This document shows positions 38,883 to 49,209 of a stretch of DNA of 64,000 bases, one piece after another (positions within the stretch are counted from its first letter, which is position 1; each line of letters opens with the position of its first letter). The notes under the pieces were generated by a model. That model did not search any database, was not told the origin of the DNA, and saw only the letters and a program-made list of their open reading frames with translations. The translations under genes were made by a program, and so were the position numbers. The DNA lies in the NCBI GenBank assembly GCA_948466395.1, contig CAOKAG010000001.1, forward strand, positions 14,584-78,583. The letters run 5' to 3'. The DNA is from an uncultured Mycoplasmatota bacterium. GTDB taxonomy: Bacteria; Bacillota_I; Bacilli_A; RF39; UBA660.

Positions 38883-39239
38883 TTAGCTCTCATAATTATT
38901 TAGAACTTGTTTCAATTGATCCATACTAGCTGGTTTACTTAAATAGTCGTTGAAGCCTATTTTTAAATATCTTTCTTTTGCATCGTTTTCAACATCAGCC
39001 GTTAAAGTTACTACTGGTGTGTTAAAGTTTTCTAGCAATTGTAATTTTTTAAAGGTTTCTACGCCATCCATATTGGGCATCATGATGTCCATAAAGATTA
39101 AATCATAAGTGGTTTCTTTGACTTTTTCTAAACATTCTTCACCACTCAAAGCGGTTTCTACTCTGCAATTTAATTTTTCTAACATTTTTTGCTCTACTTT
39201 TAAGTTAATTAAAGAATCATCTACGATTAATATTTTCAT
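38883..39239 (-). CDS. Stand-alone response-regulator receiver (CheY-like)
   Basis: DD...D...K receiver residues (LIVDDS, LIFMDIMMP, VVTLTA, K); no output domain. Confidence 0.8.
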   Translation of the reverse strand: MKILIVDDSLINLKVEQKMLEKLNCRVETALSGEECLEKVKETTYDLIFMDIMMPNMDGVETFKKLQLLENFNTPVVTLTADVENDAKERYLKIGFNDYLSKPASMDQLKQVLNNYES

Positions 39240-40627
39240 TTCACTACCTCACTTACTTTCATTTTTATTTTTACTTGGGTTCCTTTTTTGTATTTAGAAT
39301 CGATTTTTATCTCCCCACCCATTTTATCTAATAATATTTTCGTGATGGATAACCCCACTCCTACACCTGAATAAATGGTATTTTTTGTTTCGGTGCTTTT
39401 TTTAAAAGGGATAAAGATTTCCTTTAAGTCTTTTTCGTTGATACCGATTCCAGTATCTTTTATTTCTACTTGAAGTTGTTCATTCTTAAAGTCTGCTATC
39501 AGTTCAATTTTTCCTTCATTGGTAAATTTATAAGCGTTATCTAATATTTGAGCGATTATTTTTTTGATCATTTTTTCATTACCAATAAGGTTGTTCATTT
39601 CTTCTATTTTTACAATGAATTGAATGTTTTTGTTTTCAATTTTATTTTTGTATAACTCACAAACACTTTTAATGGTTTCTTTTGGATTAAAACTTTCTAA
39701 AATCAAATCATTGTTTTCTTTTTCTAAAGCGTAAAGAGAAAAAATTTGATTGGTTATTTTTAATAAATCTTCTGAGGCGTTACGAATGTCTTTACTATTT
39801 TCTTTCGCTTCTTCTAAGGTATCCGCGTAATCGATCAGTTCACTAAAACCGACAATGGCATTAACAGGTGTTCTGATTTCATGAGACATACTTGATATAA
39901 AATGACTTTTTACTTTATTGGCTTGCTCTAATTCGTTTTTAGCTAATGTGACTTCATTTAATAATTTAATATCAGGGTTTTCAATTGTAAAATACATAAT
40001 GTAACAAAGTAGACTCAATATTAAGTCATAAATATTAAATTGAGGATGAAATAAAACAAATACGCCTAATAAAAAAATTAAAGGAATGATAAAATAAATA
40101 GCGTTGTATCTTTTATCATACTTTTTTATGTTTCCTAAAGCAATAATAAATGCGAGTATTAAATTAATAAATGCGACACTAAAAGTTAAAATAACAGAGG
40201 AACCTTTGCCACTTGTTATTCCCCCTATTTGATAGACTTCAAAATCTAAAAGAAAAATTAAAATGCCTATACCTATGCCTATTAAAGCAAAAATTCTATT
40301 ATTTCGAAGAAAGTTTTTACGAAAGCTTGAAGAACTAATGTAGAGAATATAAGCCAAAATATTCATGGTTATGAATACAATAAATATCGAACCGACTTTA
40401 TTAATACTTGCAAATGTGGATTGAAATTGAGGCGTTAAACCGCCTTTGGCATAAATACTTGCTAAGTAATGGGAAACAAAATTCGTGGTGTTTACAAGAA
40501 GAGTAAAGATAAGAATGCTTTTATAATAATAGTTTTCTTTTATTTTTACTTTCTTTTTCGTAAAGAATACCAAAGCTATTACTGTAGTAAAAATTAAACA
40601 AACAAAAGGAATTTCAAATTCAATCAC
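39236..40627 (-). CDS. Membrane sensor histidine kinase with a multi-TM N-terminal sensor
   Basis: About 7 TM helices, H-box SHEIRTPVNAIVGFSEL, HATPase_c G-boxes. Confidence 0.85.
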   Translation of the reverse strand: MIEFEIPFVCLIFTTVIALVFFTKKKVKIKENYYYKSILIFTLLVNTTNFVSHYLASIYAKGGLTPQFQSTFASINKVGSIFIVFITMNILAYILYISSSSFRKNFLRNNRIFALIGIGIGILIFLLDFEVYQIGGITSGKGSSVILTFSVAFINLILAFIIALGNIKKYDKRYNAIYFIIPLIFLLGVFVLFHPQFNIYDLILSLLCYIMYFTIENPDIKLLNEVTLAKNELEQANKVKSHFISSMSHEIRTPVNAIVGFSELIDYADTLEEAKENSKDIRNASEDLLKITNQIFSLYALEKENNDLILESFNPKETIKSVCELYKNKIENKNIQFIVKIEEMNNLIGNEKMIKKIIAQILDNAYKFTNEGKIELIADFKNEQLQVEIKDTGIGINEKDLKEIFIPFKKSTETKNTIYSGVGVGLSITKILLDKMGGEIKIDSKYKKGTQVKIKMKVSEVVK

Positions 40628-40703
40628 TACGCACCACCTACTTTAATATTAATATTAATATAATTAAACCATTTTTTCAACAAAAAGAGAGATAAATATT
40701 ACA

Positions 40704-41858
40704 TTACCCCACTTTTTTTAATTTTCTTGTTAATTCGTCGGATTGATAGGTTTGAAGCCAATATTCTCTCATGTAACGCGCCACATCTTTATTTTCTAGG
40801 TCTATTTTTTTGTTTCTATATTCGTTTTTCATTTCTTCATCAGCCCCTAAATGACTTAAAGTAGAGACTACCTCTTCATACTTCTTTTCTTCTTTTGTTT
40901 TCTTCACTAAATATTCTGCTTCAAAACAATCATGACGCCATTTTAAACCACTAAAAGCATCAAAAATATATTGATATTTAAAATAAGTCTCTATATCTCG
41001 GTAATTTCTTCGTGTTAGGTTTTCTAAATGTCTTTCCATCATGTAATACACAGAAGTGGCCATTTGGTCTCTTAAATAGCTAGAAATCGATTTTACATAG
41101 TATTTTTCATTTTTTTCCTCATTTGGATAATACTCTTTGCTGTTTATTTTCAATTTAGTCACATCAATTGGATGACTGGCATCAATATAAGCTACGTTAT
41201 TTTCTTTATCTTTAACAAGGGTTAGCAAAACGATTTTTCTCTTTGTCTCTAAAGCTAAATTAACAGGACCATCAAATAAGCTATTTATGATATTATTTGG
41301 GCTATAATTATGAGATCCTTCTGGAAAAATTAAAATACTGTTGGTTTTAATGACCCTTTTCATTTTTTCATGTAGTTCTTTTCTTTCCACTTCATTTAAA
41401 ATATCAAAAGGAATCATTCCATTTAACCATAATAAATACATTTCAGGATTGTATTTTAAAGTTTCAATGGATCCTAAGACAACATAAGCATTACGTTCTA
41501 TTATATTAAGAAACGTTTCAATGTCTTCGGGACACGTGTGGTTAGCAACAAATATATAGGGTTCGTCTTTTTTTAATACAGGATACCTTTCTACAATAAT
41601 GTTGTTTTTATTTTTATCAATGGCGTAATTAGAAAGTGGTATTTTTTCGGTTTTAAGAGAATTAAAATAGTCTTCATCGGTTAAATATTCATTTTCTATT
41701 TTAATAATGTTCGCGTTCGTAGCCAAATTGCATAATTTTTTAAATGGGACATCACTTTTTTTTCGTAAATATAATCCTAAGTCTGTTGTAAAATGATTGA
41801 CATCTTTTTCATTTAAATGACTAATAAATAAATTTTCCATCTTTATTCTACCTTTCAA
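40704..41858 (-). CDS. Lysophospholipid acyltransferase (PlsC/LPLAT-family) with an extended C-terminus
   Basis: HX4D motif (ANHTCPED) and FPEGS motif. Confidence 0.55.
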   Translation of the reverse strand: MKGRIKMENLFISHLNEKDVNHFTTDLGLYLRKKSDVPFKKLCNLATNANIIKIENEYLTDEDYFNSLKTEKIPLSNYAIDKNKNNIIVERYPVLKKDEPYIFVANHTCPEDIETFLNIIERNAYVVLGSIETLKYNPEMYLLWLNGMIPFDILNEVERKELHEKMKRVIKTNSILIFPEGSHNYSPNNIINSLFDGPVNLALETKRKIVLLTLVKDKENNVAYIDASHPIDVTKLKINSKEYYPNEEKNEKYYVKSISSYLRDQMATSVYYMMERHLENLTRRNYRDIETYFKYQYIFDAFSGLKWRHDCFEAEYLVKKTKEEKKYEEVVSTLSHLGADEEMKNEYRNKKIDLENKDVARYMREYWLQTYQSDELTRKLKKVG

Positions 41859-42045
41859 CCCCTTAGTGGCTTTGTAATGGGTATTCTACTATAAAAAAAG
41901 AAAAATGTCTATCTAATTTGTTTAAATAATACGGTTCAATGGTCTTAATACAAAAAAAGTCCTTATAAATCTTAATTTAAGAAAAAAAATACATGAAAGT
42001 CTAGAAACACTAAGCGAATTTATTAGAAATTGCTAAAAATGCATA

Positions 42046-42076
42046 AAAAAAGAAAGGAAGTCCTTTCTTTTTTTGG
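42046..42076 (-). terminator. Rho-independent terminator after the PBP gene
   Basis: AAAAAAA-GAAAGG-aagt-CCTTTC-TTTTTTT. Confidence 0.5.
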
Positions 42077-42118
42077 AAACTCATTTAATATTTGAAGACA
42101 TGAAGCAATTAAATTCAT

Positions 42119-44062
42119 TTAATAATTTTCTAAAACATAATTACTTACTGCTTGACTAATGTAACGGTTAATGTATGCAAAAAAGTCAGTTTTACCCTTA
42201 TAATGACTTACGTTTGGACTTAGAACTACCATGCTGTATTTTGGGTTATCACGAGGCGCATACATAGCAAATGAATTGGTTATTGTCTCGACATCTCCTA
42301 TTCCATCTCCATTGCTATCAAATAGCGATTCACTGGTTCCTGTTTTTCCAACCGCATTATATTTTCTGTCTACGTATCCTGAACCTGTTCCTAAATTAAC
42401 TACTTGATAGAAGCCTTCTTTAATTCGATTAAAATAATCTACGTTCAATTTAAACTCACTTAGTTTTTGTTTCTCAACTATTTTTAAGGTCTTTTTATTT
42501 TCATCTTCGATATGGCTTGCTAGTCTTAAATTGTATCTTACTCCATTATTATAAATGGTATTGATGTATTGAAGTAAGCTTAAAGGGGTATAGGTATCGT
42601 ATTGTCCAATTGAAAAGTTTAGTAATAAATCTGGGGCTATTTTTTTTCCTTTGATACCTGTGAATTCGTTTGGTAAATCAATTCCTGTATTTACTCCTAG
42701 TCCAAAAGAGGCAAAAGCTTCTCGATAAATGTTAAAGGGTTCTTCGGTAATGTTCATTTTCATATTTCTAGTATACTGATACCCCGCTAGTTTTATCGCT
42801 AAGAGAAATTGATAATAGTTACTACTTGTTTTTAATGCTGTAATGTCATCAATAATGCCTAAATTTTTATATGAACATTTTTCAGGAACTAAATAAAGTT
42901 TAACACAACTGTCTTTGATTTTTTTTCCAACTTCAATTAAATTATTTTGATAAGCCATCGCCATACTGGCTCCTTTTACTACACTTCCCATTGTAAAAGA
43001 GGCATTCACTAGATCGGTCTCTACATTTTTATAGGTATCGTTTCCTAAATATTTTAATCCTACCATGGCTTTTAACTTTCCTTCTAAATCTCCTATTACG
43101 ACATAACTTCCATTATAATACTCTGTATTTAAAAGTTCTTTTCCTTTTTTTATTTCTTCTTTTAGAATGGCCTCTATTCCTAGTTGCATATCTATATCAA
43201 TGGATAACACTAAATCGTTTCCTTTTTTTCCTTCTTTAATTAGCTCTAATGTGCCATCTTTATTGACTTTATAGATGTCTTTTTCCCCTTTTAAATATTC
43301 TTCATACTGTTTTTCTAAATAGCTAATGCCTACTGTATCGTTTAGAGCATAACCTAAGTCTAAATAGGTTTGTTTTTCTTCTTCAGGAATGCTTCCAATA
43401 CTTCCAAATAAACTTTTTAAACTGTTTCCATAAGGGTACGTTCTTTTAAAATACATTTCGTTCGTGACTCCTGGTAAAGAGGCTTCTAATACGCGTGCGT
43501 ATTCTTCTTCTGAAACTTCTAATTTTATAATTTTTGCTTCACTACTGTATCCATTATTCATTAGTTGGTAAATGTACGCCGCTTTTTTGTCTAATTCTGT
43601 AAAAGCACTTAATTGTACATCGGTGATTCGATCTAATTTTAAAAGGTATAAATCGTTCGTCGTCAGTTTTCTTTTTTCTAACAATTCTTTTTCTTCTAAG
43701 GTAATTAAGGCTTCTCCTTCTTCTGGGTATTTATTTAACCAAAATTTTTTCAACTCATTTTCACTTAATGTTTGCTTTATTTCTAAATATTTAGCCAGTT
43801 CATAAGCAATATCGAGTTCTTCTTCTTTTTTTATATTGTTCATTTTTCGATATACCACCCCTTTTATACCGATATTATCAACTAAAACACGTCCCTTACA
43901 ATCTAGTATTCTTCCTCGAGGCGTGGATAAAGATTTTACGATTGTCGTTGTTTTTTCTTCGTATTTTTGTTGGTAATCATGATTGGTAAAGATAATTTTG
44001 TAAAGATTAAATAGTGCCACGGTTGCAAAACTAAGCGTTAAGGCTAAATAGAATTTTTTCAT
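42119..44062 (-). CDS. Class B penicillin-binding protein (PBP2/MrdA-like transpeptidase); start refined to MKKFYLALTLS
   Basis: N-terminal TM plus dimerisation domain; SVVK (SxxK), SSN-like and KTGT motifs. Confidence 0.85.
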   Translation of the reverse strand: MKKFYLALTLSFATVALFNLYKIIFTNHDYQQKYEEKTTTIVKSLSTPRGRILDCKGRVLVDNIGIKGVVYRKMNNIKKEEELDIAYELAKYLEIKQTLSENELKKFWLNKYPEEGEALITLEEKELLEKRKLTTNDLYLLKLDRITDVQLSAFTELDKKAAYIYQLMNNGYSSEAKIIKLEVSEEEYARVLEASLPGVTNEMYFKRTYPYGNSLKSLFGSIGSIPEEEKQTYLDLGYALNDTVGISYLEKQYEEYLKGEKDIYKVNKDGTLELIKEGKKGNDLVLSIDIDMQLGIEAILKEEIKKGKELLNTEYYNGSYVVIGDLEGKLKAMVGLKYLGNDTYKNVETDLVNASFTMGSVVKGASMAMAYQNNLIEVGKKIKDSCVKLYLVPEKCSYKNLGIIDDITALKTSSNYYQFLLAIKLAGYQYTRNMKMNITEEPFNIYREAFASFGLGVNTGIDLPNEFTGIKGKKIAPDLLLNFSIGQYDTYTPLSLLQYINTIYNNGVRYNLRLASHIEDENKKTLKIVEKQKLSEFKLNVDYFNRIKEGFYQVVNLGTGSGYVDRKYNAVGKTGTSESLFDSNGDGIGDVETITNSFAMYAPRDNPKYSMVVLSPNVSHYKGKTDFFAYINRYISQAVSNYVLENY

Positions 44063-44126
44063 ATAAATACACCTATACTTAGTATTAGAAATAATATGTT
44101 TTTCATACAATATACTAGGTGATATT

Positions 44127-44387
44127 ATGTATAACATTATTGAAAGGTATATGAATAAGCTCAGTCCTCAAGATATAGATCAATTTGCACGTAAAAATAA
44201 TATTTTTTTATCAAGTGAGGAACTTAATTTTACGTTTCATTTTGTAAAAAAAAATTGGCAATTCTTATTAAATAATCCCAATTCTTTAAATTTGGCAAAA
44301 TACCAAAATTATTATTCCCCCGAAAACTTTGGCAAAATTGAAAAGTTATTCAAGGAATATTTTTCTCGTTATAAAAATTACTTGTAA
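44127..44387 (+). CDS. Small cytoplasmic protein (DUF2624/YqgQ-like?)
   Basis: 86-aa ORF divergent from the PBP gene; weak resemblance. Confidence 0.35.
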   Translation: MYNIIERYMNKLSPQDIDQFARKNNIFLSSEELNFTFHFVKKNWQFLLNNPNSLNLAKYQNYYSPENFGKIEKLFKEYFSRYKNYL

Positions 44388-45268
44388 AATTCTATGATGT
44401 CTTCTTTTAAATGGTCATTAAATTTTTGATTTTTAATGCTTTCTATTTCAAATTTATAAGGAGGATAAAGTCGCTCAATATAAGGCGTTTCTAAGATTTT
44501 TGGAACGTCTTTTAATCTGTCATGATTTATAATTTTAATCAAGGCTTCAAAACCAATGGTGCCATAACCAATGTTTTCATGACGGTCTTTACGACTGTTT
44601 TTTTCATTCTTACTATCGTTTATATGGATACAATGAATTTTTTCTAAACCGATTTCTTTATCAAAAGAGTCTAAATAATCATCAAAATGAGTCATCTCTA
44701 TTCCTGAATCGTTTAAATGACAGGTATCTAAACAGACACCTATATTTTTAGATTTTACTTGATTTAAAATGGTTTTTATCTCTTCTAAAGTGCTCCCACA
44801 TTCGGTTCCTTTACCAGCCATTGTTTCTAAAAGAATCATGGGTCCATTTTCTGTTATAATTTGATTTAACGCATCGCTAATATTTTGCAAGGCTTCTTTT
44901 CTTTCGATTCCAACACTACTTCCAGGATGAACTACAATATATTTTATTCCTAATTCTTCACAACGGTTTAATTCTTGTTTTAAAAAAGAAATACTAAATT
45001 GCCACTTTTCTTCACTCGTATTATTAGCTAAATTTATGATGTAGGGGGCATGACAGATAATCTTTTCTAGTTCCATGCCATTTTCTTGCATTAATTTTTT
45101 AGCTTCTTCATTTTTTTCTTTATCTAAACTTTTTCGCACTGTATTTTGTGGTGCTCCTGTATAAAACATAAAGGTATTGGCTCCATAACTTAAAGCTTGT
45201 TTCACGCACCCTAGTAACTGTTCACTCCCAAAATTGACATGACTTCCTAAAATCATTTTTATCACCAA
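44378..45268 (-). CDS. nfo: Endonuclease IV (AP endonuclease family 2)
   Basis: Collinear Nfo metal-binding His/Asp/Glu positions (LGSHVNF..., HAPY, VVHPG, LETMAG, CLDTCH). Confidence 0.9.
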   Translation of the reverse strand: MVIKMILGSHVNFGSEQLLGCVKQALSYGANTFMFYTGAPQNTVRKSLDKEKNEEAKKLMQENGMELEKIICHAPYIINLANNTSEEKWQFSISFLKQELNRCEELGIKYIVVHPGSSVGIERKEALQNISDALNQIITENGPMILLETMAGKGTECGSTLEEIKTILNQVKSKNIGVCLDTCHLNDSGIEMTHFDDYLDSFDKEIGLEKIHCIHINDSKNEKNSRKDRHENIGYGTIGFEALIKIINHDRLKDVPKILETPYIERLYPPYKFEIESIKNQKFNDHLKEDIIEFYK

Positions 45269-45311
45269 CTCTATTATCTCATTAAATCATAAAAAAAAGA
45301 AGAGCTTTCTT

Positions 45312-45848
45312 CTATTTTAAGTTATCTGTTATGTCTTTTGGAGAAACGCCCACGCCTTGGGTTCCATTCCATGCAAATATAGTTGGTCCTGTAGTTTGAC
45401 CTCTTAAACCACAGAAATGGTCTGCCCCATTTCCAGACGTATCTGTAGTAGCTGCGGTTCCAGTTGTTCCAGTATCTGCACTTGCAAAAACAAAGCTACC
45501 ATTTCCTATCCAAAACTTATACGATACTTTGCTTCCATCACTTGATACCAAAACGCTTCCAGTATACCCACCATCTTTATCTGAGCCACCTTTGCTATAA
45601 TACCCTTCTTGAAACAAATATTCTAAGGAATAGCATGCACTTCCACTTTTAACTTTATTATCTAAAATATCTAATTGATAGGCACTTTTCGCAGCATTTA
45701 TAAGTTCATTTCCTTCTATTGCTAAAGCGCTTTTTCGTGCTTTTTGTAAAGCTGAACCAATTCCAGATGAAGCAATTAAAATAATAATGGACAATACGAC
45801 AATAACTGCCAATAATTCAACTAAAGTAAAACCTTTTTTATTTTTCAT
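45312..45848 (-). CDS. Prepilin-type (type IV pilin / ComGC-like) protein
   Basis: Class-III signal KGFTLVELLAVIVVLSIIILIA (cleavage G/F, Glu+5); Gly/Thr-rich C-terminus. Confidence 0.7.
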   Translation of the reverse strand: MKNKKGFTLVELLAVIVVLSIIILIASSGIGSALQKARKSALAIEGNELINAAKSAYQLDILDNKVKSGSACYSLEYLFQEGYYSKGGSDKDGGYTGSVLVSSDGSKVSYKFWIGNGSFVFASADTGTTGTAATTDTSGNGADHFCGLRGQTTGPTIFAWNGTQGVGVSPKDITDNLK

Positions 45849-45964
45849 TTTATAGACTCCTTATCCTTACTTTGTATATTAAGTATATAACAATTGTAAG
45901 GCTTAAGTCAATCCTTTCAATTTAAATAATCCCTAAATTTTATATTTTTTTACATTCCTTATTA

Positions 45965-46186
45965 TTACTTTAAGCTCTCTAATATACCACTAATTAAATC
46001 GATGTTATCAATCGTATTGCTTATTTTATCAGTTACTTTTAGATGGTATTTTTCTTTCATAGCATTAATAAATTCTTTATAATTATCACTGTTTCGATTT
46101 AATTCTTTAAACCAATAAGAATTTCTTTTTAATAATTCTTGCATTTTTTTATCGGCTTCTAATTTTTGTTGTAGTAATAAATCCAT
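45965..46186 (-). CDS. YlbE-like small protein
   Basis: Size and context, with ...SYWFKELNRNSDNYKEF... recalling B. subtilis YlbE. Confidence 0.45.
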   Translation of the reverse strand: MDLLLQQKLEADKKMQELLKRNSYWFKELNRNSDNYKEFINAMKEKYHLKVTDKISNTIDNIDLISGILESLK

Positions 46187-46189
46187 GCT

Positions 46190-46582
46190 TTAATCCTCAA
46201 AGATTTTGTTTATGGGTCGTGGAGTAACACTTTCTGCTTTGACAACAGAAGAAGTGCCTTTATTGGTTAATTCTTGAACAATCCCTAAGGCTTTTTGAGC
46301 GGTGTTGATGTGTTCTTGAACGCTATTTAAATCGATGTTTTTAAGCTTATCGGTTATGCTTTTGAAGTTGTAATCGGTTGTTGTAGAAGAACTTTTTCCA
46401 ATGTATTCTTTCCATGCTTCTAGATTGTCTCCATAAATATCATAAATTTCATAAAATTTTTGCCAAGTGGCTTCTCCACTTTTTATATATCTTACTAATT
46501 CTGGATGTTTATAGGCAAAGTTTTTAAAATCGTCTTTTGTAGCCATAATATCACCTACTTTATTATATGCTAAAGCATTCAA
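46190..46582 (-). CDS. YlbD-like protein (putative coat protein family)
   Basis: FKNFAYKHPELVRYIKSGEATWQKFYEIYDIYGDN resembles YlbD. Confidence 0.5.
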   Translation of the reverse strand: MNALAYNKVGDIMATKDDFKNFAYKHPELVRYIKSGEATWQKFYEIYDIYGDNLEAWKEYIGKSSSTTTDYNFKSITDKLKNIDLNSVQEHINTAQKALGIVQELTNKGTSSVVKAESVTPRPINKIFED

Positions 46583-46620
46583 AAGGTTTCCAAAATAAAA
46601 AGATAAAAGCTGGTTTTATC

Positions 46621-49122
46621 TCATAGTTTAAAATCATTTATAAAATCATCGATGGTCAGTTCTTTTATTTTATTTTCGGTATTTTCATCAGGTTCTTTTT
46701 TTAGAAAACTTATAAAATCACTTTTTTTATTTATCACATCAATTTTATTTTTAGTGATTAAAGAACCTGTACTTGCTAAATCCATAATGGCAATATCACT
46801 GTTTTTAATTTCTTTAATTTCACTATCGCATTTTATTAAAATGATGTCTTTACTTTCACTTACAATGGCCTGTGTAATTTGATAATTCACTGATTTTACT
46901 TTTTTGATAAGGGCGTTTCCTCTTTTAGCACGGCCTGTTAATTCTAAGTCACTTATTTTAATTCTTTTTGCTGTATTTTGGTTGGTAAAGATATTTAAAT
47001 AAGGGCTGTCATCGTAACTCATTCCTGCTGCTACTTCATCGTCTTTTAGGTTTATTCCTTTGACACCTGATGCTTTGATTCCAGTTAATGGAACTTCTTC
47101 GGTATCAAATAAACAATAGTAGCCATTTTTACTCACGGTTAAAATGGTTTTCTTAGCTTCTAAGACACTTACAACTTCATCGTCTTCTTTTAATTTTATG
47201 GCCATAATGGTTTTAGAGAAGCGCGTCACTTCATAATCTTCCATTTTACTTTTTTTAATCATCCCTTTTTTGGTTACGGTTAGGATTTCTTTATTTTTAT
47301 CATTCATGACTAATGAAGTTATGACCTTTTCATCGCTAGCCATTGTCACTATATTATTAATATGTTTTCCAAGCTCTTTCCATTTTCCATCAGGAATATT
47401 ATAAACTGGCATGTAGATGTAATTTCCTAAATTCGTGAATAAAAGAATGGTATCTAAAGTACTGACTTCATAAAGACCTGTTACAAAATCTCCTGGTTTT
47501 AAGGTTGTTTCTTCTTCATTTCTCGCTTGATATGATTTTGAACTTACTCTTTTAATGTATCCTTCGTTACTAACGACAACTACAACGTTTTCTTTTGGAA
47601 TGATATCTGTTTTATCTAATTTGATTTCAGTGATTTCATCTTTAATGATGGTTCTTCTATCGTTTCCATATTCTTTTTTGATAATTTTAAGTTCCGTTTT
47701 CATCACGTGTTTTAAAGCTTCTTCATTGTTTAAGATTTGCTCCCAAATAAAAATATTTTTCTTTAATTTTTCCATTTCTTCTTGTAAGGCTACAATATCG
47801 GTATTCGTTAAACGGTAAAGTTGTAATTCTACAATGGCTTTTGATTGATCAAAGGTAAAATCGTATTCTTTACACAAATTATCAATGGCATCACTTTTAT
47901 TTTTACTACTACGGATGATGCGGATGACTTCATCTAAGATACTAATGGCTTTTACTAATCCTTCTAAGATATGTAAATCAAATTTTGCTTTTTTTAAATC
48001 CCATTCGGTTCTTCTTTTGATGACTTCTTTTTGATGATTAATAAAGGCATCTAGTATTTCCATGATTCCTACTAATTTTGGACGTCGATTGACAATGGCA
48101 ACCATGTTAAAGTTGTAATTGATTTGAAGGTCTGTATTTTTGTATAGGTAATTTAAGATAAGTTCAGGATTGGCATTATTTTTTAAGTCAATGACAATGC
48201 GTGCCATGTGTTCATGGTCTGATTCATCGATTACATCGTTAATGCCTTCGATTTTTTTATCGACTTTGATTTCTGTAATTTTTTTAATGAGTTGCTCTTT
48301 TATAACTTCATAGGGAATGGAATGAACAAGGATTTGATTGGATTTATTTGTTTTTACAATTTCACAATCGGCTTTTAAAATGACTTTACCTTTTCCTTTG
48401 GTATAAGCATCCACTAAACCCATTTTTCCTTCAATGATTCCTCCAGTTGGAAAATCGGGTCCTCTTAATATTTCCATAATCGTATCTAGTTTACAATTAG
48501 GGGATTCAATACGTTTAATGGTGGCATCGATGACTTCACTTAAATTATGCGTTGGAATATTGGTAGCGTACCCTGCACTGATTCCTGTAGAACCATTCAC
48601 TAAAAGATTGGGAAAAGAAGCGGGTAAAACAGTAGGCTCGAGTTCTTCATCATCAAAGTTGTATGCCATTTTTACTGTATCTTTATTAATCGATTCAAGC
48701 ATGGTTTCAGATAATTTAGTGAGTCTTGCTTCTGTATAACGCATAGCAGCGGGTCCATCGCCATCAATGGAACCATTGTTTCCATGAATGTCAATAAAGG
48801 TTTCACGCATTTTCCAATTTTGGCTCATACGAATTAACGCATCGTATATAGAAGAGTCGCCATGAGGGTGAAATTTACCCATGATTTCTCCAACTGCACG
48901 GGCACTTTTACGATGAGGTTTATCGTGTTTGAATCCAGAGATAAACATACAGTAAAGTATTCTTCTTTGTACCGGTTTTAATCCATCTCGAACGTCTGGC
49001 AAAGCTCTTTCTTGAATGATTTCTTTGGAGTATCTAGCAAACCCTGTTTCCATGATTTCTTCTAAGCTATAATCGTATATTTTCTCAATGATTTCTTTGG
49101 TACTATTTTTTTTCTTTGGCAT
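46621..49122 (-). CDS. parC: Type IIA topoisomerase subunit A, most likely topoisomerase IV ParC
   Basis: Catalytic-Tyr region and LKPVQRRILY; no GyrA-box (QRRGGKG) at the start of the C-terminal domain; FARYSKEIIQERALPD N-terminus is ParC-like. Confidence 0.8.
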   Translation of the reverse strand: MPKKKNSTKEIIEKIYDYSLEEIMETGFARYSKEIIQERALPDVRDGLKPVQRRILYCMFISGFKHDKPHRKSARAVGEIMGKFHPHGDSSIYDALIRMSQNWKMRETFIDIHGNNGSIDGDGPAAMRYTEARLTKLSETMLESINKDTVKMAYNFDDEELEPTVLPASFPNLLVNGSTGISAGYATNIPTHNLSEVIDATIKRIESPNCKLDTIMEILRGPDFPTGGIIEGKMGLVDAYTKGKGKVILKADCEIVKTNKSNQILVHSIPYEVIKEQLIKKITEIKVDKKIEGINDVIDESDHEHMARIVIDLKNNANPELILNYLYKNTDLQINYNFNMVAIVNRRPKLVGIMEILDAFINHQKEVIKRRTEWDLKKAKFDLHILEGLVKAISILDEVIRIIRSSKNKSDAIDNLCKEYDFTFDQSKAIVELQLYRLTNTDIVALQEEMEKLKKNIFIWEQILNNEEALKHVMKTELKIIKKEYGNDRRTIIKDEITEIKLDKTDIIPKENVVVVVSNEGYIKRVSSKSYQARNEEETTLKPGDFVTGLYEVSTLDTILLFTNLGNYIYMPVYNIPDGKWKELGKHINNIVTMASDEKVITSLVMNDKNKEILTVTKKGMIKKSKMEDYEVTRFSKTIMAIKLKEDDEVVSVLEAKKTILTVSKNGYYCLFDTEEVPLTGIKASGVKGINLKDDEVAAGMSYDDSPYLNIFTNQNTAKRIKISDLELTGRAKRGNALIKKVKSVNYQITQAIVSESKDIILIKCDSEIKEIKNSDIAIMDLASTGSLITKNKIDVINKKSDFISFLKKEPDENTENKIKELTIDDFINDFKL

Positions 49123-49209
49123 TCTACGTCACCTTTCTCTCTTTATCATTTTATTTCTAAAACATCATTCTTCAAAAATTGTTTTGTTTCGGGACTAGCA
49201 AACTTTCAT

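Noticed and set aside
38883-40627. The HK/REC pair as part of a defence or TA-like system with the Rpn nuclease
   Set aside because: The only evidence is adjacency; orphan HK/REC pairs are common and the Rpn-like gene is frameshifted.
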